Assembly: GCF_000485595.1 (NCBI RefSeq) | Contig: NW_014577084.1 | Span: 801,730-865,729 of the forward strand | From: Priapulus caudatus | Taxonomy: Eukaryota | Length of the DNA: 64,000 bases | Reading direction: 5' to 3' | Shown here: positions 26,167-39,894 of the stretch, piece by piece | Layout of the letters: each line of letters opens with the position of its first letter | Position numbering within the stretch: position 1 is the stretch's first letter | Made by a program: the position numbers and the translations under genes | Notes under the pieces: model-generated | The model's input: the letters and a program-made list of their open reading frames with translations, nothing else | The model's database searches: none | What the model was told of the DNA's origin: nothing

Positions 26167-26860
26167 AGGCATACTAAGCCCTTTGATTATGCAATGTTGG
26201 CGAATGCTAAAGTAACTGGCACCTTGTGTAGTTAATAAGTACATAACCTTATAGCCAAACGCGTATTAGTTTGTCCAATATCACTGCAGGTTACATTACA
26301 AACAAGACTTGAAATCGGTTGTTGATATGTATCAACGTATCATTTACGTGCCGTAAATGTCATCCAGGAGTCAAGCAATGACGTAAACATTTGTGCGTCT
26401 CGTATGTTTTGGACGCCAGATGAAATGGAAGTGCCAGCGGTGTAACCGCGGCCACGGACTAAACATGGAAATGGAGTAAAACACACGTACTAATCACGGA
26501 CGCACGTGGACAGCCCTGACAAAAAGTTAATTATCACGAGCGTCCATGTTTACGAAATCATTGCTTATTATATTATTATGATTATTGTTTATGATAGCAT
26601 TGCGTACGGCCGAGCATGCGTGCGAAAATGTCCGGTGCACTATAAATCTGTATCACACCCGCTTCGCCGGCAGCGGTTTGAAACTGTAAACAACTGATTT
26701 TTGGACTGCGGATTTCAATTAGATATTTCTTAGTAACCAGCAGTGATATTGGACAAACTAATGTGGGTTTGGATGCAAGGTTATGTACTTATTAACTACA
26801 CAAGGTGGCAGTTACTCTAGCATTCGTCAACATTGCATAATCAATGAGCTTTGTATGCCT
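26167..26860. mobile_element. Non-autonomous DNA transposon with TTAA TSD and ~130-bp TIRs (Kolobok-like, AG.. ends)
   Basis: TTAA|AGGCATAC ... GTATGCCT|TTAA. Arms 26167-26290 and 26740-26860 are diverged reverse complements. Confidence 0.75.
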
Positions 26861-27144
26861 TTAAATAGCAGTTAGGTATAAATATAATTGCACTTTTGTG
26901 ATTAGCTCTCGGTCTGTAACGTGCAAAATAAATTGGGAGAAGCGCAACTTTGTCGGGGTGGCAGCACAACCATGCGGGTTCATGTCAGCGATCAAAAATA
27001 AAGACTTCGAACTCACTGTTGTTTTATGACAAATATGAATGTGTGATTATAGAAATTTGTAATTATATACTATTATTTATGCACTTACTATCATAATATC
27101 AGGAGTGAATAATAATCGAATCTTATTATATTATATTATACAAT

Positions 27145-27280
27145 TATCGACCTGTGATGAGGTCGATACGTGACTATACGGACCTGGTCAAAGATTGGTT
27201 CACCGAGGCCAACGGCCTAGGTGAACCAATCCTTGACCAGGTCTGTATAGTCACGTGTCGACCTCATCACAGGTCGATAA
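27145..27280. repeat. ~136-bp near-perfect hairpin (palindromic element)
   Basis: TTATCGACCTGTGATGAGGTCGA...GGTTCACC-GAGGCCAACGGCCT-AGGTGAACC...TCGACCTCATCACAGGTCGATAA. Confidence 0.85.
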
Positions 27281-28012
27281 CCGTTTTATTATATGGTTAA
27301 TAAAGAAATAAAAAACAAATTGAATGTGTTAGTCAATAAACACACATACACACACACACACGCGCGCGCGCGAATTCACTCACAGACGCACGCACAAGCG
27401 CACGCACACACCCACGCAAACATACGCACATGCACTCGCGCACGCACGCGCACGCACACGTAACAGATATGCATTCAACGGCATACAGAAACTTTACAAC
27501 AAGAGCATTGTGGACCAAAACTTTGAACCCACAACACCCTTCTCTCGCGATTGCCTCCGCGTGTGTGTATACACCTCCCACAGTATCATCGGCCGCCGAT
27601 TGCTGCTGTCGTACAAATTCGCTATTACGCGCGATCTCTGGCCGAGGGAAAACGCAATTTTCGAGCGAAAATTCGCGCGCGCCGCATTGCATAACAACCG
27701 GAGAAAGAAAATTTCGCAAATTGTTTTTCCGCGCTGCCATATATAGCGAGAGCAGTGTTTTTCTTCCGGCATCTCTAATCCGCGTCCGGATCCGCATCGA
27801 CCCCCCCAGCGGGGCAAGGCTGGCTTCATCTCTCCATTCAGCACTCGTCATCTCCCGAGGCTTCCGTCGCCTGAGATGTCAATGTTGCGAGGGGTCAGCA
27901 GCGCCGAGTCGCCATGCAATTTGCGCCGAGTAACGACGGAATCGAACGAAGCTGCCGAGACTGCGCGCGATGCGACGCGAAAAAATGCGCGCGAGTCGTC
28001 GAGCGCCGTTAC

Positions 28013-28054
28013 CTCGCCGTTTAAGAAGCAGAATATCAAGGCGACGAAGAATCC
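28013..28054 (-). CDS. Secretin-class (calcitonin/DH31-receptor-like) GPCR, 42-nt TM7 exon GFFVALIFCFLNGE
   Basis: Acceptor ttctcgtttcag, donor GAG|gtaacg, phase 0/0. This is the short TM7 exon characteristic of class B GPCRs, and it joins in frame to ...SFQ of 34531-34666. Confidence 0.9.
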
Positions 28055-28278
28055 CTGAAACGAGAAAGCAACAAAATACAATTTATACTCGAGACTGTGG
28101 CTGCTGCTGCGAGGCATGTAGCATGTTGTATGATGATTGCAGCGTATTGCAGCGCGGGAGACTAGCGTTTTGTATTCACCGCGTGTCGGCGGGTCGTAAC
28201 ATTTTTAATTGTTAACAAGCTTAAGTCGTTCCAACGCCTGCAAAATATGTCGTCGCACTCATGCACGCGCGCACACAC

Positions 28279-28357
<79 letters not shown>

Positions 28358-29821
28358 TATGTATAGGCCTACGTATATGTATATATAAAAAAATTTATGT
28401 ATATAATATTTACTTATTTATTAATGTGATGATACTAATATAAATATTAATCATAATGTATTGATATTGTTATGTAATTACGTATCTATATTTATTAATT
28501 GCTGTAATGGAAAAAAATAGTTTGACGAAAATTCGAAAAGGTTGTTTGCGTTGTGCTTTTCAAACGAGTTTGCTGGGCACATCATTCGTGCATTACAGGA
28601 TATCTATGTGTAGTGCGGTCATATGTCCTCACCCCTAGCGGAAACATTTGTGGAGTCATGATTCTTCATCAAAAATCGGGCAACAAATAAATACGGGTGT
28701 GGTCTGACGTGGTGACATTATTATGACGTAATTATATTGAGCTAATATACATACAGTGTGCAACTCACGAGGCGCCAGTTTTATCCGAACCGTACCGAGT
28801 TTGTTTTAATTTTCCGCCAACTATGCTAATAGCTGATTTATCGTTCGCATTTAAACACGGGTTAAATTGCCATCCGATAGCGATTGATAGCCGAACATCT
28901 AACCACGGAATTAAACAAGACACTCTAATAGGCTACCGGAATATAAACTAGAGGCAACATCGTTTTCAACAGAAACCAGATTCTAATTATGTGCGTTATG
29001 CAATAGCTTGATGCCGTTTTATTAAAATTACTAACGCACTAGCGCGACCCGACGTTACCGAATGTGAGCTGCATAGCTATGCGAATGAACATAAACGTCG
29101 AGCTAGATTCCCCAGTGATGACTCCAGCGCGTCAAACGACCTAGTTGGAGTGCGCATGACGTCAGCGAGTCTCTTTTCGTAAAAAATTTATCGCCAACGT
29201 ATTATCCCGATATTATAGTGCAGCGGCATCGATTGCTAAGCTGGTCGAACAGGGCGAGCGGTAATGCAGTAAATCGGCGTGTCCCCCTAGAGACGCAACC
29301 GGATTCCGGATCGCACACGTGCCCATTTTGCGAAATGACAGGATATACAGAAAAACAGTCTGCACCAAACGCCCTCGCACTCGTATGCTACATATGATAA
29401 CAAGCCACTGCTACATGCCGCTGTTATAATATGAACTATACATCAGTCGACAAACATTAACTTTATTAAGCTGGTTCACACGTCTGTAATCGTAAAATGA
29501 AAAGAGAGGTACGTCACCGCACGTTACGACACTACTTGCCAATGTCCGAAATCCTATAAACAAACTGCACCACGCTCCGATTAGTCCCGTGTTTCAGGAA
29601 AATGTTTGTGATCTTTTTGGAAATAAGCTTGAAACTTTAAATATACTAAGTTAAGTAACTGTGTTTATGGAATATGAATACGTTCTGCAGTAGAAGCAGA
29701 TTGACAGCGCCCCCTCGTGTTTCTATCGCAAAGAGTATTTACTCTTGCCATATGTATATATGTATGCCAAATTTCGATTTTGTTCCTAAAACTGCACAAA
29801 CATTGCGTTTATGAGAGCTAA

Positions 29822-30211
29822 AGCCCGGCGCACACGTGAGTAATTTTACTCAAGTAAAATGACGCATGAGTCAAAATACTCAGGCGTAATATTTTCAGCG
29901 TTCGCCGCACACGTGAGTAAAATTACTCAAGGAATAAGTGGTAATGCAGATCACGTGACTGTGCGTAGCCAATACTGGTCGCACAATGATTTAAACTCAT
30001 GCGCTGTGAGTACCAGTGTTGAGTAAATTTACTCAGCGCGCGCGCACACGTTGAGTAAAATGACGCATGAGTCAAAAATTATCAAACACGTTTGATATTG
30101 AGTAAAGTGACGCATGCGTCAAATTGCTCAACGAAAATCTGCCGCACACGTGTGTAAAATGACTCATGTGTCATTTTACTTGAGTAAAATTACTCATGTG
30201 TGCGCCGGGCT
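29822..30211. mobile_element. PIF/Harbinger (Tourist-like) MITE
   Basis: TAA|AGCCCGGCGCACAC.TGAGTAATTTTACTCAAGTAAAATGAC ... inverted copy ...GCGCCGGGCT|TAA; 3-bp TAA TSD. Confidence 0.85.
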
Positions 30212-31029
30212 TAAGCTATTGAACTACATGAGCTTGGGATTATGACTTCATACAGAGTAAAGTTACCATCATGCAAGTTACTAGACAGTAAAGTTCATTC
30301 GCCAAAATCAAGAGAATCTGTTTAGCGCCAAGTCATGAACACGCATCAACAACCGTTGCCGCATTTACTTTATCATAAACGCCATCTTTACGTCTCATCT
30401 GCTGTCCAAAAACCTAAATTTTCGATCGTACTAATGTCTACACAACATATCCACTCACGTTTTGGTCAATCCGCGCACCCACCACGCGCAGTCGCACATG
30501 CACGCACACACACACACACACACACACACGCACGTATACGCCCACGTGTACGCGCGCTCGCACACTCGCACGCACATGTACACACACACGAACACGCATT
30601 CGCACACGCGCACGCATACACACACGCATACATTCATATCTTAGCCTCTAGAATTACGTGTAGTAAACCGTGTACATTTCAGACGACCCACTATGACATC
30701 AACGCGCAGGCGGCGGTGGCCACTCTTCTGTCGACATATTATTAGTTGTATCTACACGCACGAGTAAACAGCCTACACAGAGCGCCGCTAGAGGGCGTTG
30801 AGGAGGCGACGTGCCGGCTCACGCCTGCTCCCGCAGAGCTAGCGTTGACGGCTGTGACTGGATGCGGTCCGTTTCTCTCGTCGACGCTGCGATGACGTCA
30901 TAACGGTTGGCCGACGTTTGCGTGCGGCGGATCGTAACACGATGGACAATAGCTGTTCCTTGATCGTTTCGTTGGATTCTGCGGCAGAAAAAAGGAACGT
31001 GGGAGATCTAGAGTAGGCAAGAATACGCG

Positions 31030-31298
31030 ATGCGAGAATGTGTGAGAACGTGCGAGAATGAGTGAGAACGCGCGAGAATGTGCAAGAACGCGCAACAATG
31101 TGGGAGAACAGGTAGAAATACGCGATAAAGCGCGAGAATGTGCGAGAACGCGCGAGAATGTGTGAGAACGCGCGAGAATGTATGAGAATGCTCGAGAATG
31201 CACGAGAACGCGCGAGAATATGTAGAAATGCGCGAGAATGTATGAAAACGTGCGAGAATGTGCGAGAACGCGCGAGAATGTGCGAGAACGCGCGAGCA
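31030..31298. repeat. 10-bp-unit minisatellite (GAGAA(T/C)G(T/C)GC)
   Basis: Directly visible; it is the source of the HILARSR-type ORFs. Confidence 0.9.
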
Positions 31299-31981
31299 CG
31301 TACAAATGGCTCTGGTGATTCGTGGTTGATTAACATGTGACATAACTGGCAATTGATGACCTTTCTACAACTACTCTATATTGTAATACGCCTCATTAGG
31401 TGAAGGCACTTTACGGCAAATAGCGTTACTACGTTCTTTCGCTACGTTACACAACATGGTATACGCGATAGGCACATGATACATCGGTGTGTACACGATA
31501 TCCTCTACAGAATTAATAAGAAAATGAAGTTCACGCACGCACAGACACGCAAACACAAACACGCACACACACACAGACACGAACACTTACATACGCACAC
31601 ACACGTACCCTCCCCCACACACATACACACACATACGCACACACATGCACCCTCCCCCCACATACACATACACAACTGCTAATCTTCGATATAGAAGCGG
31701 TAGCTCGATTGGCAAGCGCTCACACACCCACTTTCTTCACGCGAGGTGTACTCGTTTGACACGCGCGGTCAACTCGGCATGAGGTACGGACCTCCAAATG
31801 CCATATGGGCCAATCAGATTCAAGCAAAATGCGCTACCATATAATAAAATCTATTATTATTCACTCCTGATAATATACTATAAATTTCTGGGGTTTAGTA
31901 TCCCTTTCACTACACTGCACTGCATTGCACTACATGCACTCCACTTCGAGCCAAAACTGATTACACTTGCTTCTTACTTAC

Positions 31982-32082
31982 ACACAGTTAGTCAACTTGC
32001 ATGTCAAATGTAGAGTCTTCTCCAGTTCAGCAACATCTGGGGAACTAATCAGTTCAAATCTTATGTCTCCATGACCAGGAGC
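31982..32082 (-). CDS. TRAPPC13: TRAPPC13 exon 8: APGHGDIRFELISSPDVAELEKTLHLTCKLTNC(V)
   Basis: Acceptor atttgtag (phase 0), donor GT|gtaagt (phase 2); matches conserved APGYGD.R...CK.TNC; not in the ORF track. Confidence 0.92.
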
Positions 32083-33710
32083 CTACAAATAGTGTGATTA
32101 AAGTTATTTAATCAAACGGTTAATTAGCATTCATCATAGTTGTGTCTCACGTAAAATCATTTTACCTTCTATGACCTGGTTATATGCCACTATAACATGG
32201 TTTCTTATTAAGGAATTATTTAACTGCTACATTAAAAATTCCTGTATAATATGGTCTATAGTCATGCTTAACAGAAAGTGAAAGAAGTGCTTGCGCCAGC
32301 CCTACTCCTTGGTTCAACCTCTTCTGAAAAAATTGTGACCTACAATTGGAAACTTAGTGATATATAAGTTAATCAATTCTGTTATATGATATGGCAACTG
32401 TTACGATATGACATTCATGTATCAATACCATATATATGTACATCGTTGATGACGTCACATCACAACATATGAGCAGTAATAAAATGGCTACCTATAACAC
32501 ATAACGTGGTTGAGCATTGCCTCCTTATTATAGGCCTTCGGGCACGCTTCACAGCAACAAGCATAAATAAAGTTATATATTACTTTTTTTAGTGGTGGAG
32601 AGCATGTCTCACACCGTGAAATAAAAACCAATATTGTGTGACCTCTGAAAATCAATGTTGCCTGCTGAATGGTGCTACCACCTAGCGTTAACACTTTCTT
32701 GCCACCAATGGCCACACTGATGTACAGCAAGAGAAGGTTTGAATCAATACACAGCATATCGATCTGACTGCATAAAAACAAAAGCTAGGAAAAACAGCCA
32801 AAGCTAACTCTGTTAAATTTCCAAGTTTTCGAACATTACGTTGTAATGTTTGCCATATGATACGGCAGACGTCATTATCAGTTTGTTGATTGTAGTTTGG
32901 ATTTTGATCGCTTGATGAGCGAGGCTATACATTACCAGATTTGTGCAGGTTTTAGTACATTTCAAATTAGATTGTTTATATATGTCAACAAACCTAGAAC
33001 GTGATTTTTGCTCTCACGAGACTGGAACCCTGTCTCTACACTAGGTTGATTACCTTTGTATAAATTTAAGATAGGTACCAGTATATAAATATTTGCATCA
33101 CGTAACTATACGTGCACTTGTTTTATGGGACTGTTTGAATAGTCCATTATCGCAAAACTAATGATGGCAGCAGGGCTAATCTCACGCTCTCACTCCGGGT
33201 CTGCTAATTCTCATGCATACAGAAACTAACAGATAAATGAAAGTGTCAATGACACTGTAGCTCACCTTGGGTGTGATAAAAGAGGGAGAAGGGATATATA
33301 AAGCAAAAGTATATATGGGAGAACTCCCATTATGTCTCCCATTATATACTCTTGATAATGATATATGCATGTTTTGATGCAAAAATAAATGTTTCAGATC
33401 TGAAAGCCTAAAATATTGACGAGAGATGGCGCTACGCCTAAATGATCGCCATTTTGGTTTCCGAATATCACAACAATAACATATTCCGGTCAAATTACTG
33501 CAACGAAGAATCTAAAACACAATATTACACGTATATGGGTATGATTGTAGAGTTGAAGACCAGTTAGACGAAATAAACGTAATAGGACGTTGTCATCTCT
33601 CCCATAGGAGTAACAACTGTTTTGGGGCTAGCCTTACATATTCACATACCAAAATTTAACAAAATCGAATGAATTTAGATGGCCATTTTCATTTTTGCCA
33701 AAAAATCTCT

Positions 33711-33787
<77 letters not shown>

Positions 33788-34530
33788 GTCTCGCACTCCC
33801 CGTCTTTCTCTCTCTCGTCTCATCCGTTCTCTCTGTCCCTCCCAATCAATGCTAAATATGTCATTGTCATTTCTCTGAAACAGTTTAATTTCGCTCACAA
33901 TCACAGCAGAATTGAATTAGATTCACTCGTACAATTGAACATAATTTTCCCCGCCGCTCTAGCGTGACTACCCGCGTAGAGATTTGCCAATACAATCCAG
34001 TCCGCAGCATATCTCTCACAATCGATTGGATACGTTTCCCCGTTGAAACGAAACGGCTAATCAGAATAACCGATAAACAAGTGAACAGTAGTAGTGCATC
34101 GTGGGTATCCGATTGAAACCCTCACTTCTGCGTAGTAGCAGAGCACGATTGATCAATATTGATCAATGTCATTACAGATTACAGATATTTTTTATCTTCC
34201 TTCCGCCCTCCTTCCTCTCCCACCGCACTCCACCCTCTTCCACCGCGACCTTTTCTCTTTCTACCACAGCCTCTCCCTCTTCCACCACGCCCTCCTCCTT
34301 CTCCCACAGCACCCCTACGTCTTTCACCATGCCCTCCTCCCTCTTCCACCACGCTCTCTTCCCTCTCCCACTACCCCTCCCTCTTCTACTACGCCCTCCT
34401 CCTTCTTCCACCAAGCCTTTCCCTCTTTTAGCGCCCCCTTCCTCTTTCACTTCGGACTATCTAACCGATACTGCGAGTGATGGCAGACGACGGAAAGCAC
34501 GAACGGCGGTGCATGCAGACGCGCTCTCAC

Positions 34531-34666
34531 CTGGAAGGACGAAGATATCGCCAACAACTTCTGGTAGATCACTTGCCCACTGCTGCCCTCTCTCGCCGGG
34601 AATGATAACAATATGTAGTAGACTCCGAGTAGTGGGATGAGTATGAGAACGGCGCGTACGGCCTTC
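34531..34666 (-). CDS. Secretin-class GPCR exon, TM6 to start of TM7: KAVRAVLILIPLLGVYYILLSFPAREGSSGQVIYQKLLAISSSFQ
   Basis: Acceptor cccgttacag (phase 2), donor CAG|gtgaga; class B KA.RA.L.L.PLLG and SFQ motifs. Confidence 0.92.
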
Positions 34667-35202
34667 CTGTAACGGGATCATCGTTGAATGTAGTTAGCGC
34701 AAGCTAGGGGAAAATACCCGCTAATGAGTGTGTAGTACTCGCCTTCGTGGTATGTGGTGATGTTTGGTGTCGTTGTACATGTGTAGCTATGGGTAGCGAT
34801 ACTATAACTACTGTGGCTCAGACCATCATGATAGGAAGTGATAGTAGTATTGGTACTAGTTATGACTGTTGCTGTTGTTGTGGTCGTGGTAGTTGGGCTA
34901 GTAATGGTAGAGATATGTGTGTTCGTGATAGAAGTTGTGTGCGTGTGTGTTTGCGTGTGTTTATACTCCAGATATAGGGTATGAGGTATGGTGTATGGAG
35001 GTTGTGTTTGTGTTCGTCTACGGAGATGTACGCGGAACGATGCCGGACGGGAAACGAGATCTGTAAGTAGCAGACGACTTCCGCTTGTCGCCCCCTTCGT
35101 CGCTGTTCGCTTGTTCCGTCCCAAGCCTGCATGTATGTGTATGTGTATGTGTGAGAGAGAGAGCGAGAGATAGTGTGTGTGTGTGGGGAGAGGGTGCGCG
35201 CA

Positions 35203-35319
<117 letters not shown>

Positions 35320-35329
35320 NNNNNNNNNN

Positions 35330-35411
<82 letters not shown>

Positions 35412-35433
35412 ATGTGTGTGTGTGTATACTCAC

Positions 35434-35519
35434 CAGGTCTGATGCGACTCGGCCGTGTTAACCGCACGTAGCTTGGTGATCAGCACTCTCATGATGTTAC
35501 AGAGAAAGAACAGATTCGC
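35434..35519 (-). CDS. Secretin-class GPCR exon, TM5-ICL3: ANLFFLCNIMRVLITKLRAVNTAESHQT(W)
   Basis: Acceptor tactttgcag (phase 0), donor TG|gtgagt (phase 2); closely resembles the calcitonin-receptor family NLFFL.NI.RVLITKL. Confidence 0.92.
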
Positions 35520-36648
35520 CTGCAAAGTAACACGTAAAATCTTCGAGTCCCCTGACGTCATCACCCCCGCACGCAGGGAGCTCGTGTCTATTAGAGCAAT
35601 ACACTAACATGATTCTACTATATCTTAGAGCAATGTTCATAGAAGAAATCCCGCATCTGTCGTGCACTAGAACCCTGCAATATTTTACAACTGTTCACAG
35701 GCCGGCTCAATAAGTGTGAACGTCAATCAAAACTCATACGCTAAAAGCGTGCCAAAATCTACCTAGTTTAATGTATTTCAACCGCGTTTATACGTCGTGG
35801 GTTAAGAATGCACAAGCTAGAAGCGTGTTTCAATGAAATCGACTAAGGGTTTCACGTTCGAATCGTCGTATTAAAATCTACTCAAATTCACACGTTTGAA
35901 CCGTGTTAAAAATTAGCTGGCACTTGTAACGTATTAAAATGAAGACGTTCTCATCGCGTTAAACGTGAGAAAGGTCATATAGCATTCGAATGAATATAAT
36001 AGATTCATCATCAACTTCTGATAGCCGAGTTTAAGCATTCACTCACACATAACTATACTTATAAGTATTATCAATTAAAGTTATGACTAGTCGTATTAAA
36101 TTTGGTAATGTACTGCATAGTATATACAATATGGTAAAGCATAGATAGCACATACATACACATACGCATACATACATACGCATACATACACACATATATG
36201 CGTTATGTTGCATAGAACGGTCGGCATGTGTGTGCGCCTAATTTCATATAGTGAAGGTTGTGTTTGATGTGCGAGCGAACCGCGGGAGACGCCCTTTATG
36301 CTGATGACGTCCAACGCGACGAATAATGAAATTTATTTTTGCGAAATAAAGCGCCGCGTCACGATAGTTTAATTATGACAGGCGCCGCGCTCCGTAACAC
36401 GTGACAGCGTGACAGCGCACAACGTGTGCTCGCTGCTAACGAAGCTTGTTTAAAGTATGCCATTGTAATGACGTGGGACGCACGCACGCACACACGCACG
36501 CACGCACGCACACACACACGCACGCACACACACACACACGCACACACACGCACGCACAAACGCACGCACGCACGCACGGACGCGCGCGCGCACAAACAAA
36601 CAAACACACACACACACACACACACAAACGACCGGCATTTATACTTAC

Positions 36649-36712
36649 CCCTATAGACAGACAGACGGGTGCGCTAATAATCCACAGATACTTTGAGTCC
36701 GATATCCAGCAG
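36649..36712 (-). CDS. Secretin-class GPCR exon, ECL2-TM5: CWISDSKYLWIISAPVCLSIG
   Basis: Acceptor cttctcacag (phase 2), donor GGG|gtaagt (phase 0); conserved ECL2 CW motif and TM5 proline. Confidence 0.9.
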
Positions 36713-37046
36713 CTGTGAGAAGCAAGGAAGACGCTGGCGTTATTTACAGCGAAGCGTCGCAGCCCACAAGTTAGCTCTACCGGTGAAGCCCTTACCGCTT
36801 TCGCTACAGGAAGGTGGAGAGGGCTCAGTAGTGGGAGCCAAGAGGGGCTACACCGGTAGAGCTAACGACGGGTAAAATATAAACGCCATGGGTTAGATTG
36901 CGTCGTCGGAAATACCGGTTGCTATTCATTTAAAAACAGCGATGATGTGTCACACGCATAGGCGCTCACGAATACAGCATAATATTATTATAGGATGTCT
37001 CTCATTACCCGTGCATGGAAAAATACTGTACGAGTATTATATATAT

Positions 37047-37964
37047 ACTGTTTTGGGGCTAGCCTTACATATTCACATACCAAAATTTAACAAAATCGAA
37101 TGAATTTAGATGGCCATTTTCATTTTTGCCAAAAAATGAAAGGAAGTAGGTCGACTGGCGTGCTCCAAAATAAGAAGTTCAAATCCATAGGAGTAACAAC
37201 TGTATTCAATTTGAAACATGTGGATCAAACGGTTCTTGAGATATCGTTGACCGTAGGCAGACACTGAAATGCATAGTGGAATTGCCAAAATCTACCTAAT
37301 TTGCATAATTTAAAAAAAATATCAAAACCCGTGTGATATGTTTTGGGGCCAGTCCTTATTCATTCACATACTAGAAATGAGCAAAATCCGTTGAACCTGA
37401 AATGACTTAAATGGCCATTTCCATTTTTGCCAAAAAGTGGGCGTGGCTCGAAAGTAGGTCGACTGGCGTGCTCCAAAATAGGACGTTCAAACCTCTCCCA
37501 TAGAAGTAACACCTGCATGCAATTTGAAACATGTGGGTCAAACGGTTCTTGAGTTATCGTTGACCGTAGGCAGACACTCAAATGCATAGTGAAATTGCCA
37601 AAATTTACCTAATTTGCATAATTAAAAATAAAATAAAAACCTGTGTGATATGTTTTGGGGCCAGTCCTCATTCATTCACATACCAGAAATTAGCAAAATC
37701 CATTGAACCTGAACTGACTTATGGCCATTTCCATTTTTGCCAAAAGGTGGACGTGGCTCGAATGTACGTCAACTTGCGTGCTCCAAAATAGGACGTTCAC
37801 ATCTCTCCCATAGGAGTAACAACTATATGCAATTTGAAACATGTGGGTCAAACGGTTCTTGAGTTATCGTTGACCGTAGCCAAATGTTGACGGACGGACG
37901 GACGTACGACAGACTACACCCCATGGCAATAGCTCATCTTGACGATGTCAAAGCGAGCTAAAAA
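37047..37964. mobile_element. Helentron/DINE-like non-autonomous element with ~300-bp internal tandem units
   Basis: About three copies of a TTTTGGGGC..CCT.ATTCATTCACATAC...GTTGACCGTAG unit, then (GACG)n and a terminal AGCTC..TTGAC..GTCAA..GAGCT hairpin followed by AAAAA. A related piece lies at 33580-33706. Confidence 0.65.
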
Positions 37965-38570
37965 CCGAAGTATACTCCAGAGCATTTCAATTCGCTGAAC
38001 GGTTCTAGATCTCGTCCTTACTTGCCAATAAGAACAGTTTTATGTAAGTGAGTTTAGCCTGAGAAGATGGAGGAGCAACTAACCTGATTGGCTAAAACCC
38101 CTGTCTATAATAAGCCCGCTCATTCCGGTTCCGTTCCACTATACGGTAGTCTAGTAGCCTTTTAAAAGCAGAACTACAGTGCATTGCATAACATACATGT
38201 GTATGTTTAAAAACTCACTTAAGTATGAACCATAATGCAAAATTTCGAGCTGAAAAATGCAAAAGCTCCCTGGTGTTGGAGGGGGGTGGCCCCTCGGTCG
38301 CTCCGCTCCCTCGCATAACCTCACTCTCAACTCTAACTCGGCTGCTAATGTTGGCAGCTCTGTAGCAGGTGCACGTTTGCTGTTCATTTACTGTTATGTA
38401 GCTTATAACAGCAGGAACTCAGAATAATTTTTTATGCTGAAGTAATCAGTAATATGTACGCTGACAAGTTTGACTTAATTTGTCCATATTTATTCATTTT
38501 TTGATTTATTTGAGAACTGATCATTTAAAAAACCATTTCACCTTTAACAAGACCAGAAGAAGCAACTGAC

Positions 38571-38766
38571 CATTCTCTGCAACGGACTAGTCTGTAGTCT
38601 TCCTTTCTCGCCCATATTGGACTTCCAGATGATGTCCAGCTTTCCAATGACTGTCACTCCATGCAATGCTGTCCAGTCAGTGCTTCCTGGCACTGGATGC
38701 AAGCAGTATAGGAACTGCCTGGTATCGAGTGGACCAAGATATGCAATGTCGCCAAATGTCGTTTTT
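38571..38766 (-). CDS. TRAPPC13: TRAPPC13 exon 7: [22 protein letters not shown]...[26 protein letters not shown]
   Basis: Acceptor gtaccacag (phase 2), donor ATG|gtcagt; hallmark GKLDI.W....GE.GRLQTS.LQR. Confidence 0.95.
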
Positions 38767-38814
38767 CTGTGGTACAATATTTTACATATATTAAGAAATG
38801 TTTCTTTCTACTAA

Positions 38815-38962
38815 GGCCAAAACAAAATATATGGGTGGTTACCGTTACAAGCCGAAAAAAATAGGGTAGGTAGGTAGGGAAAACATTTTATTTTCTTGAA
38901 AATTTACGAACCATATCCGAAGGATGTGCGTTGTGCCTTTTAAAGCAGGAACTGTCCAATTC

Positions 38963-39003
<41 letters not shown>

Positions 39004-39102
39004 TTTACTTTAAAGAAAATTGACAATTAAAATGTTTAGGGTCGCTGGGAATAAATAGGGTCGGTTGGGAAATCGTAACCACAGCTATATTTTGTTTTGG
39101 CC
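38815..39102. mobile_element. PIF/Harbinger-like MITE in TRAPPC13 intron 6
   Basis: TAA|GGCCAAAACAAAATATA ... TATATTTTGTTTTGGCC|TAA. Confidence 0.8.
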
Positions 39103-39332
39103 TAAGTAGATGTTAGCACTTAACAATTATCATTTGAATTTTATAGATTCTGCCCCAATGTAGAATCTGCATTTCCAAGTCTATTTTTCTTTTTCTTAAT
39201 CCCAGTGAATGTGCTATTTATTTAAAACCGTGTACAAAATCACATAATGTAAGCACAGCTTATGAAAGCAAATAATACATGTTCTAAGTCTCAGGTGACA
39301 GGTCTTCAACATTGTTACAAGGCCACACGTAC

Positions 39333-39505
39333 TGACTGGTATTGACTGTGTTGAGGTTCTTGACAGAATAGAGAGCTGAAGGCTCCAGCACCACCTTCTC
39401 CATGCAGATAAGCGAAGAGGTGATGTTCTGTATTTGTACCTCTAAGTACACCATTTCATCCTCATAGTTGTAGAACTTGGTTTTGACATCTATTGGCTTT
39501 AGCAC
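39333..39505 (-). CDS. TRAPPC13: TRAPPC13 exon 6: [29 protein letters not shown]...EKVVLEPS
   Basis: Acceptor cgtacag (phase 0), donor CA|gtacgt (phase 2); conserved [12 protein letters not shown]. Confidence 0.95.
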
Positions 39506-39604
39506 CTGTACGAATGTCGAATCACACATAGAAATCATGATGTTGTTATGCTATTACCTACTAAATATGTGCGATGAGGTAAAAATACTGTTTATCGGGT
39601 TTAC

Positions 39605-39677
39605 CTGAAATTTGAAGAACTTCCGAAAGTACAGCTTTTCACCCAGCAGGGTTGTGTAACTCACTGCGCAAACTAAT
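39605..39677 (-). CDS. TRAPPC13: TRAPPC13 exon 5: [24 protein letters not shown]
   Basis: Acceptor actttgcag, donor CAG|gtaaa; conserved [21 protein letters not shown]. Confidence 0.95.
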
Positions 39678-39894
39678 CTGCAAAGTTTAGGACAAAGAGG
39701 CTACGTTCACATCATATCTATTTAATAAGACCTACGTCAAAGGCAAAGCACTGCAGAGATCAGAACAAATGCTGAAATAAAATTAATAGCATATCCCACT
39801 GGAAACAAAATGTGACGTGATAAATTAAATTTGATTTGGCAGTAGAGGTCAGTGATGGTCATTTACAGTTTGTTCTATACAAATCAATACATAC

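Noticed and set aside
27333..28117. Long ORFs around the TM7 exon as full coding regions
   Set aside because: Only 28013-28054 has homology and splice sites. A nearby acceptor (~27870) would give just ATEASGDDEC*, lacking the expected helix 8.
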